Assembly: GCA_039680575.1 (NCBI GenBank)
Contig: JBDKSP010000116.1
Span: 1 to 27,690, forward strand
Direction of reading: 5' to 3'
Length of the DNA: 27,690 nucleotides
Source of the DNA: Armatimonadota bacterium
Lineage (GTDB): Bacteria > Armatimonadota > UBA5829 > DTLH01
Both the position numbers and the translations under genes were made by a program. This document shows, piece after piece, positions 10,090 to 16,855 of this stretch. Each line of letters begins with the position of its first letter. Position 1 is the first letter of the stretch. Below the pieces are notes generated by a model, which had not been told where the DNA came from, did no database searches, and was given only the letters and a program-made list of their open reading frames with translations.

Positions 10090-10135
10090 TATTTCTTAAC
10101 GTACCGGGTGCTGTAAAGGATACAGCAAAATCTAA

Positions 10136-11161
10136 CTACTTTCGCATTATCAGGCCGCGCTCGATCATGCATTCCGCTATCTGGACGGCGTTTAAGGCAG
10201 CACCTTTCCTGATGTTATCGGCTACCACCCACATATCGAGTGTGTTCGGGCATGAGGAGTCCTGCCGGATACGGCCAACATAGACAGGGTCCGTGCCGTC
10301 GGCAAAAAGCGGCATCGGGTATTTGCCGTTTTCGGGGTCGTCGATAACTTCTATACCGGGCGAAGCGAAGAGGACCGCGCGGGCCTCATCTGCTGTGATC
10401 GGATGCTCGAACTGCACGTTCACAGTCTCGGAATGAGCCCGTATTACCGGCACGCGCACGCATGTGGCCGAGATGGCAAGGTCAGGACACCCGAATATCT
10501 TCCGCGTCTCCTTGATCATCTTGATCTCTTCGCCGTAGTAGCCGGGAAACTCGTCTTTCAGCTTGGAAATCTGCGGAATCAGGTTGCCATGGATCTGGTA
10601 AGGGTACTCCTTGACCTCCGAATCACAGCCGGCGGCGCAGGCTTTTACCTGCTGCTGAAGCTCCCTTATCGCGGCGCCCCCCGAACCGGATACGGACTGG
10701 TACGTAGAAACGACAATCCGTTTCATTACCGCTTTTTTATGAAGAGGAGCGAGTGCAGCAACCATCTGGATGGTACTACAGTTGGGGTTTGCAATAATCC
10801 CCTGGTGGCTGTCCAATGCTTCTGGGTTTACTTCCGGGACGACGAGCGGCACGCGCGGGTCCATCCTGAAATCATCGCCATTATCGACTGCGACTGCGCC
10901 CCTTCGGACGGCCTCCCAACCGAAAAGCTGCGATGCGCCCTTTTCGCCCTCGGTCCCGGCGAAAAATGCGATGTCGATACCGTCAAAAGCATCTTCCGTA
11001 GTAGGAATGACATCGAACTCGCGCCCATCGATTACCTGCCGCCGCGCGGAGCGGGCCATTACTTTGAGATTCGAGATCGGAAAATCTCTCTGCCGAAGCA
11101 CCTTCAGCATCTCTTCGCCGACAGCCCCGGCTCCCACTACAGCAACGTTATAACCAGCCAC
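10136..11161 (-). CDS. asd: Aspartate-semialdehyde dehydrogenase
   Basis: VVGAGAVG, FRM...VPLVVPEVN, catalytic NPNCST, TYQSVSG.G, CVRVPV...HSE, DNIRKGAALNAVQIAE. Confidence 0.97.
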   Translation of the reverse strand: MAGYNVAVVGAGAVGEEMLKVLRQRDFPISNLKVMARSARRQVIDGREFDVIPTTEDAFDGIDIAFFAGTEGEKGASQLFGWEAVRRGAVAVDNGDDFRMDPRVPLVVPEVNPEALDSHQGIIANPNCSTIQMVAALAPLHKKAVMKRIVVSTYQSVSGSGGAAIRELQQQVKACAAGCDSEVKEYPYQIHGNLIPQISKLKDEFPGYYGEEIKMIKETRKIFGCPDLAISATCVRVPVIRAHSETVNVQFEHPITADEARAVLFASPGIEVIDDPENGKYPMPLFADGTDPVYVGRIRQDSSCPNTLDMWVVADNIRKGAALNAVQIAECMIERGLIMRK

Positions 11162-11177
11162 TTAATCTTGCACCTTT

Positions 11178-11609
11178 CTAATCTTCACTTGGTTTTTCAA
11201 TTCTGTTAATACCTTCGACCGATGACAACTTGCGGTCAAAGGAGAACAACTTGCCATCACAGCTTTCCAATGCGGCAGCGCAAGCGCAGGCATCACCGAA
11301 ATGCGCCTGTGTAGCAGCAAATATCTCCAATGCGCGAATATATCTAGGCTTGTCAGTCATTAGAACATAATCCGATTGTAGAATCGGGTCGAGTGCTGCA
11401 AACACTTCGGATCTTGACCTACCATAATGTTTTGTGAGGACAAAAACAGCTTCAGACAGTATGACTGGATCGCAGTTAATTGTTAATTCGCCTTGCGACA
11501 CACGGTCCATTATGGCTTCGGCTTTGGCAAAGAGTTCCTCATTGTCTGGAATCAAATAGCGCAGAATGACATTCGTATCGATAGCAAACACTTTACCGGA
11601 CATCTTCAT
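11178..11609 (-). CDS. vapC: PIN domain ribonuclease, VapC-type toxin
   Basis: Acidic tetrad intact: DTNVILR, LSEAVF, FGDA, SFDRKL. Overlaps the upstream antitoxin. Confidence 0.88.
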   Translation of the reverse strand: MKMSGKVFAIDTNVILRYLIPDNEELFAKAEAIMDRVSQGELTINCDPVILSEAVFVLTKHYGRSRSEVFAALDPILQSDYVLMTDKPRYIRALEIFAATQAHFGDACACAAALESCDGKLFSFDRKLSSVEGINRIEKPSED

Positions 11610-11853
11610 GTGCTACCTCTTCTGCAATTGCTTTCTCTGTTTTCTGGCGTATTTTCTCCCAGTCCTCGGCATTACCCATCTTAAGCCCGCGGAAAATACC
11701 CTTAACATCCATAATCGATCTTACAGGCTTAAGCACAACTTCATTATCTCTGACTTCGATCTCCATCTTGGACTTCGGAATAATTCCTAGTTTCTTACGT
11801 ATGTCAGCGGGTAAGGTTACCTGCCCCTTGTCGGAAACATATATTGCAGCCAT
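11593..11853 (-). CDS. AbrB/MazE/SpoVT-family DNA-binding antitoxin
   Basis: VSDKGQVTLPADIRKKLGI...VVLKP, 86 aa, RBS GGAGG, directly upstream of the PIN gene. Confidence 0.9.
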   Translation of the reverse strand: MAAIYVSDKGQVTLPADIRKKLGIIPKSKMEIEVRDNEVVLKPVRSIMDVKGIFRGLKMGNAEDWEKIRQKTEKAIAEEVAHEDVR

Positions 11854-11873
11854 AACACAACCTCCATGTATAC

Positions 11874-11902
11874 ATTATGCCCCATTTCAGAATCACATGC
11901 AA
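11874..11902 (-). promoter_or_regulatory. Putative sigma70 promoter of the toxin-antitoxin pair
   Basis: Minus strand TTGCAT-17 nt-CATAAT. Palindrome ATGTATACAT (11866-11875) at the predicted start site could be an autorepression operator. Confidence 0.5.
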
Positions 11903-11909
11903 CATCCGA

Positions 11910-12698
11910 CTACAATATATTATCCAACCCGTAGACCACGCCGTTCAGCTCACGCACCCTGCGGATAGCGAGAAGCACGCCTGGCATGAAACTTGTACGG
12001 TCGATGCTGTCGTGACGGATCGTGAGCGTCTGTCCCTGCCCGCCGAATATGACTTCCTGGTGCGCGACGAACCCTGGGAGCCTCACACTGTGGATCTGGA
12101 CTCCAAAATGTTCTTCTCCGCGCGCTGCCGGAACTGTTCCCTGTTCTCTGTTTCCTGCTCCCTGCGCTTTCGCTATCATTTCCGCTGTCTTGATCGACGT
12201 CCCTGAGGGCGCATCGAGCTTTTTATCGTGGTGAAGCTCAATTATCTCGACAGAAGGCATGTACTTCGCCGCTTCAGCGGCAAATTTCATCATTAGGACC
12301 GCGCCAATTGCAAAGTTAGGAGCAACCAGCGCCGGAGTGGCATTTTTGGCGCTCAGTTCCCTCAACTCGGCAAGGTTTTCCTGAGTTATGCCTGTCGTAC
12401 CCACTACTACAGGGATTTTACGCGCTATTACGGTCCTCAAGTTTCCCATAACAGCAGAAGGCGCGGTAAAATCCACCATTACGTCCGGCTTTGCTGCATC
12501 TATCGCACTTCCAAGGCCGCCGGTAACTTCAACATCGCTCTCGATGCCCGCAGCTACATCGGAAAGTTTTCTCCCGACGTTCGCTACATCGCTTGCACCG
12601 GCTATCACCATGTCGGACGCACCGGAGACCGCCCGGCAGGTTTCCTGTCCCATCCTACCGCATGCACCTGAGATCAAAACCCGGATTTTCCCGCTCAT
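11910..12698 (-). CDS. dapB: 4-hydroxy-tetrahydrodipicolinate reductase
   Basis: GACGRMG, VDFT, VVGTTG, APNFAIG, ELHHDKKLDAPSGT, HSVRLPG..AHQEV. Start moved to ATG 12698, just after the peptidase stop. Confidence 0.96.
   Translation of the reverse strand: MSGKIRVLISGACGRMGQETCRAVSGASDMVIAGASDVANVGRKLSDVAAGIESDVEVTGGLGSAIDAAKPDVMVDFTAPSAVMGNLRTVIARKIPVVVGTTGITQENLAELRELSAKNATPALVAPNFAIGAVLMMKFAAEAAKYMPSVEIIELHHDKKLDAPSGTSIKTAEMIAKAQGAGNREQGTVPAARGEEHFGVQIHSVRLPGFVAHQEVIFGGQGQTLTIRHDSIDRTSFMPGVLLAIRRVRELNGVVYGLDNIL
12134..12161 (+). repeat. (CTGTTCC)-type heptamer x4 inside dapB
   Basis: CTGTTCC CTGTTCT CTGTTTC CTGCTCC; encodes GAGNREQGT on the minus strand. Confidence 0.7.
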
Positions 12699-12699
12699 A

Positions 12700-13950
12700 T
12701 CATTTGCCTCGCTGTTTGAACGGTCCGACCGCGGCAAGGGCGATCTGTCCATCGACGAACAGCTCATTCGCTATTCGGATCACATTGTCAGCAGTGACCT
12801 TCATAATGGCTTCTATTATCTCCTGTATAGGAATAATCCTTCCGAAGTAAAGCTCCGAGTTCGCCATACGGCTCATCCTGTTGGACATGCTCTCCTGGCC
12901 GAGGACCAAAGCACCCTTTATCTGGTTTTTCGCTCTTACAAGCTCTATCTCGCCCAGTTTTTCGGTCTTGATCAACTCGAATTCTTTCCTGACAAGGTCT
13001 ATAACCGTCTCAGCGTTCTTTCCACTGGTCCCGGCGTAGACAGCGAACATTCCGCCCTCACGGTAACATGCGGAGTACGAACCTATCGAATATACGAGGC
13101 CTCTATTCTCGCGTATTTCCTGAAAAAGGCGTGAACTCATTCCTCCGCCAAGCACCGCGTCGAGCACCGCAAGGATATACTTTTCTTCTGAGTCATGGCT
13201 GAATCCCTTTGTCCCGATGCAAAGATGGACTTGCTCTATCGGTTTTACCGTGAGCTTGGAGTCACCGCTTGCTACCGCAGGGACATTGGTTCGGGGATGC
13301 CGGCATCCGTTCATCCCGCTGAAATGATTCTCGATAAGCTCCACGAGAGTGTCGTGCCGGATGTTTCCCGCTGCAGCTACGACCATATTATCGGGTGTAT
13401 ATGCGTTATGCAGGTGCGCGAGCAGGCTCTCACTGTTGAACTCTTCGACCGATTTACTTGTCCCGATTACCGGGTTCCCCAGTGGATGAGAGTGCCACAG
13501 GGTCTGCGCGAACAGGTCATGTACCAGGTCGTCAGGAGTATCCTCATAGCGCTTGATCTCCTCCAGGATGACGTTTTTCTCGCGGTCGAGTTCTACTTCA
13601 TCGAAGGTTGAATGCAGGATCATATCCGCCAGGATATCTACCGTCGCCGGAAGGTGCTCGGATAAGACCTTCGCGTAGTACCAGGTGGTCTCCTTGTCCG
13701 TGAAAGCGTTCAGATGTCCACCGAGCGTGTCCATCTCGTCGGCTATCTGGCGGGCGGAACGGCACTCCGTACCCTTAAAGAGCATGTGCTCGATGAAGTG
13801 GGACGCGCCTCTCGACTTTCCGTGTTCGTCGCGCGAACCGGTGTCCACCCAGACTCCGACGGAGACCGAGTCTACATAGGGCACATATTCGGACAGCACC
13901 CGAATGCCGTTAGGGAGTATTGTTTTATTTATTGTTGTTTTTAGTTTCAT
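12700..13950 (-). CDS. M16 family zinc metallopeptidase (pitrilysin/processing protease-like)
   Basis: Inverted zinc motif HFIEH.LFKGT, NAFT, LGGGMSSRLFQEIRE.RGLVYS. Usual pnp-dapB neighbour. Confidence 0.94.
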   Translation of the reverse strand: MKLKTTINKTILPNGIRVLSEYVPYVDSVSVGVWVDTGSRDEHGKSRGASHFIEHMLFKGTECRSARQIADEMDTLGGHLNAFTDKETTWYYAKVLSEHLPATVDILADMILHSTFDEVELDREKNVILEEIKRYEDTPDDLVHDLFAQTLWHSHPLGNPVIGTSKSVEEFNSESLLAHLHNAYTPDNMVVAAAGNIRHDTLVELIENHFSGMNGCRHPRTNVPAVASGDSKLTVKPIEQVHLCIGTKGFSHDSEEKYILAVLDAVLGGGMSSRLFQEIRENRGLVYSIGSYSACYREGGMFAVYAGTSGKNAETVIDLVRKEFELIKTEKLGEIELVRAKNQIKGALVLGQESMSNRMSRMANSELYFGRIIPIQEIIEAIMKVTADNVIRIANELFVDGQIALAAVGPFKQRGK

Positions 13951-13977
13951 AATAAAAAATGCCGCCTGCCGGCGGCA
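13951..13977 (-). terminator. Intrinsic terminator after pnp, abutting the peptidase start codon
   Basis: Minus strand TGCCGCC-GGCA-GGCGGCA, then TTTTTTATT, then ATG. Confidence 0.7.
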
Positions 13978-13994
13978 CTATTGGTAATACATAA

Positions 13995-14028
13995 AATCGG
14001 GACAAGCAAAAACCACCTTGTCCCGATT
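13995..14028. repeat. 12-bp hairpin right after the pnp stop
   Basis: AATCGGGACAAG / CTTGTCCCGATT with a 10-nt loop. Shares TCGGGACAA..TTGTCCCGA with 16824-16848. Confidence 0.65.
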
Positions 14029-14034
14029 ATTTAC

Positions 14035-16335
14035 TTATCGTTTAGGTCTGAAATGCGCCCGGACTTCGCCGGAGCCCTTGTCTTCATCGCTTCCGCGGTC
14101 TCTGCCATAGTCCTGCCTGCCGCCGCGCTCGGGGCCTCTTCTGCCACCGCCGCCGCGTTCTGGACCTCTTCGGCCTCCACCGCGTTCGCCTTCGGGACGA
14201 GGAGCCTGAGCGGCCGCCATTCTGGCTTCCATCTCTTCCTCTGTCTCACCAGAACGAGGCTTCTGAGTCAGACCCTTCATGGAAAGCCTGATCTTGTTAT
14301 CCTCACCGGGAACTACCTTGACCAGGATCTCATCGCCTATGCGGACGACATCTTCAACCCGGGCAACCCGGCCCGCGGCCATTTCGGAAATGTGTACCAT
14401 TCCCTCGCGGCCCGGCAGGATCTCCACGAATGCGCCGTAATTCTCGATCCGTGTCACTTTGCCGGAGTAGGTCTGTCCGACCTCGACATCACGGGTGATG
14501 TCCTCGACGATCTTAAGCGCCTTCTCGCCGCCGGCAGCATCGACGGAGGTTATATAAACATGTCCGTCCTGCTGAATATCGAGCTTCGCGCCTGTATCGG
14601 CTTCGATCTTCTTGATGATCTTGCCTCCGGGGCCGATTATATCACCGATCTTATCGGGATGAATCTCGATTACGAAGACTCTCGGCGCATACTCTGAAAG
14701 CACCGTTCTCGGCTCGTCTATGGTCGATAGCATAATACCAAGAATATGCGCTCTACCTTCGCGGGCGCGACTGAATGTTTCCTTGATGACCTCGTGCGGT
14801 ATTCCGCCGATTTTCGTGTCCATCTGGATAGCAGTGATTCCGCTTTCGGTCCCTGCTACCTTGAAGTCCATATCGCCGGTGAAGTCTTCCATCCCCTGGA
14901 TGTCGCTCAGGACAACATGCCGTCCCTGATCGTCCGTTATGAGTCCCATAGCGATCCCTGCGACCGGAGATGCAAGCTGTACGCCCGCATCCATAAGCGC
15001 AAGAGTCGATCCGCAGACGCTCGCCATGGACGAGCTTCCATTGGACTCCAAAACGTCCGAGATGAGAAGCATTGTGTAGGGGAAGTCTTCCTGTGCGGGA
15101 ACGACATACCGGAGTGCCCGCTCTGCAAGCGCTCCGTGCCCGACTTCCCTTCGTCCGGCCCCTCGAAGCGGCCTGGTCTCACCAGTCGAGAACGGCAGGA
15201 AGTTGTAGAAGTGCATGTAGCGCTTCTCGGTATCCTCTTCGAGGCTGTCTATGATCTGTGCATCATCGAGCGACCCCAGGGTGACTGTCGTCAGCACCTG
15301 AGTCTGGCCTCTCGTGAAGATGCCAGAACCATGGACTCTCGGAAGCACCCCGACTTCGCACCAGATGTCTCTGACCTGATCGATTTTCCGTCCGTCCGGC
15401 CTTATACCCTTGTCGAGGATAAGCTTTCTGATCTCTTCCTTGACCACCTTCTCGGCGGCCTCGGCGATCTCAGACTCTCTTTCCGGGAACTGGTCGGCGA
15501 GCCGCAGGACAACGTCCTGCTTCACGTCGTTGATCCCGCTCTCACGGGACGCTTTGTCCGGGTCTTGAATCGCCGCTACTATGTCGGCGGAAGCGCTGTC
15601 GCGTACAGCCTGAAGAATCTCCTCATCTATCTGATGAAGAGGGACTTCCTTCTTTGTTACGCCAATCTTTTCTGCCAGTTCTTCCTGGAGAGTGCAAATC
15701 GATTTGATCGCATCGAACCCAAAATCGATTGCTTCTATTATCAATTCTTCCGAAAGCTGTCCGGCACCGCCCTCAAGCATCGTCACGGCGTCTTTGGTCC
15801 CGGCGATGATGAGATCGAGATCGGAAACAGCCTGCTGCTCGATACTCGGGTTAAGTACGAGCTGTCCGTCGACCCTGCCCACTCTAACAGCCCCGACAGG
15901 GCCAAGAAATGGGATATCCGACACGGTCAGAGCGGCGGATGCCGCGGCCACAGCCAGGATGTCGGCGGGGCAGTCGAGCTCCATAGAGTAAGGAATCGCG
16001 ATGACCTGCACATCATTCCGCATTCCGTAGGGAAATAACGGTCTGAGTGGCCGGTCAATGAGTCGCGAGGTTAAAACAGCCTTCTCGGAAGGCCGTCCTC
16101 CGCGCTTTACGAAGCCGCCGGGAATCTTTCCTACGGCAGACTTGCGCTCTTCATAGTCGCATGTAAGCGGGAAGAACCCTATACCTTCCTTGGGCTGATC
16201 GCTCATCGTAGCGCTGGCAAACACCACTGTGTCGCCATACGAAACTACGACTGAGCCGTTCGCTTGCTTCGCGAGTTTTCCCGTTTCGATAGCAAGCGTT
16301 CGACCTCCCAGGTCGAGTTCAACTCTGTTCGTCAT
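14035..16335 (-). CDS. pnp: Polyribonucleotide nucleotidyltransferase (PNPase)
   Basis: ETGKLAKQANG, RLIDRPLRPLF, FTRGQTQ, RREVGHGALA, SNGSSSMASVCG, DMDFKVAGT; KH (IIGPGGK) and S1 domains; RGG-rich tail. Confidence 0.98.
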   Translation of the reverse strand: MTNRVELDLGGRTLAIETGKLAKQANGSVVVSYGDTVVFASATMSDQPKEGIGFFPLTCDYEERKSAVGKIPGGFVKRGGRPSEKAVLTSRLIDRPLRPLFPYGMRNDVQVIAIPYSMELDCPADILAVAAASAALTVSDIPFLGPVGAVRVGRVDGQLVLNPSIEQQAVSDLDLIIAGTKDAVTMLEGGAGQLSEELIIEAIDFGFDAIKSICTLQEELAEKIGVTKKEVPLHQIDEEILQAVRDSASADIVAAIQDPDKASRESGINDVKQDVVLRLADQFPERESEIAEAAEKVVKEEIRKLILDKGIRPDGRKIDQVRDIWCEVGVLPRVHGSGIFTRGQTQVLTTVTLGSLDDAQIIDSLEEDTEKRYMHFYNFLPFSTGETRPLRGAGRREVGHGALAERALRYVVPAQEDFPYTMLLISDVLESNGSSSMASVCGSTLALMDAGVQLASPVAGIAMGLITDDQGRHVVLSDIQGMEDFTGDMDFKVAGTESGITAIQMDTKIGGIPHEVIKETFSRAREGRAHILGIMLSTIDEPRTVLSEYAPRVFVIEIHPDKIGDIIGPGGKIIKKIEADTGAKLDIQQDGHVYITSVDAAGGEKALKIVEDITRDVEVGQTYSGKVTRIENYGAFVEILPGREGMVHISEMAAGRVARVEDVVRIGDEILVKVVPGEDNKIRLSMKGLTQKPRSGETEEEMEARMAAAQAPRPEGERGGGRRGPERGGGGRRGPERGGRQDYGRDRGSDEDKGSGEVRAHFRPKR

Positions 16336-16350
16336 ATTTAGTTAATTATC

Positions 16351-16620
16351 CTATCTTCTCAGGCCAAGCTTGGCTACTATGGCTCTATAACGGTTGATAT
16401 CCGTCTTGACCAGGTAGTTCAGAAGCCGCCTGCGCTGTCCGACCATCATAAGGAGGCCACGTCTGGAGTGATGGTCCTTCTTGTGCTCCTTCAGATGCTC
16501 GGTAAGTTGGTTAATGCGCGTGGTGAGTAAGGCTATCTGAACCTCAGGTGAGCCTGTGTCGCCCTCATGAGTCTTGTGCTCTCCGATAATCTCGGCCTTT
16601 CGCTCTTTAATAAGCGCCAA
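16351..16620 (-). CDS. rpsO: 30S ribosomal protein S15
   Basis: [45 protein letters not shown] start at 16620 (89 aa), GGAGG 10 nt upstream. Confidence 0.98.
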   Translation of the reverse strand: MALIKERKAEIIGEHKTHEGDTGSPEVQIALLTTRINQLTEHLKEHKKDHHSRRGLLMMVGQRRRLLNYLVKTDINRYRAIVAKLGLRR

Positions 16621-16649
16621 AATGTACATACCTCCCAGTGTTATAAGAA

Positions 16650-16678
16650 AATTTACCATGCAGAGGCCAAAATGTCAA
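16650..16678 (-). promoter_or_regulatory. Sigma70 promoter of rpsO-pnp
   Basis: Minus strand TTGACA-17 nt-TAAATT with extended -10 TG. Confidence 0.7.
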
Positions 16679-16740
16679 ACGCCGCCTGGTATACTAGCCA
16701 TCAGCATTCAGCCGTCAGTGGGAAAGAAATTGTGAATGTC

Positions 16741-16773
16741 GTGCTTCGGGACGAACTGCGGTCCCGAAGCATA
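16741..16773 (+). repeat. Palindromic repeat family A, intact copy
   Basis: G-TGCTTCGGGAC-GAACTGCG-GTCCCGAAGCA-TA, 11-bp stem. 25 nt are identical (reverse complement) to 27449-27473. Confidence 0.85.
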
Positions 16774-16774
16774 C

Positions 16775-16800
16775 GTCATGCTGAACTTGATTCAGCATCC
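16775..16800 (+). repeat. GTCA-type REP-like palindrome
   Basis: GTC-ATGCTGAA-CTTGA-TTCAGCAT-CC. Resembles the widespread GTCATGCTGAACTTG.TTCAGCATC extragenic palindromes (recognised from memory). Confidence 0.6.
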
Positions 16801-16823
16801 AGGAAAAGACCTGATTCCTTGTT

Positions 16824-16848
16824 GTTTCGGGACAACTTGTCCCGAAAC
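16824..16848. repeat. Near-perfect palindrome after truB-ribF
   Basis: GTTTCGGGACAA-C-TTGTCCCGAAAC, 12-bp arms. Confidence 0.7.
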
Positions 16849-16855
16849 CCGCACT

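Noticed and set aside
10109..10127. Hairpin TGCTGTA/TACAGCA between asd and murB as a terminator
   Set aside because: No U-tract follows it on the transcribed strand; at most a stability or processing hairpin.
14746..16038. 430-aa plus-strand ORF (also 9295-10047, 10403-11209, 12388-13134 and 13981-14697)
   Set aside because: Antisense to pnp, murB, asd, dapB or the peptidase; no RBS or domain evidence.
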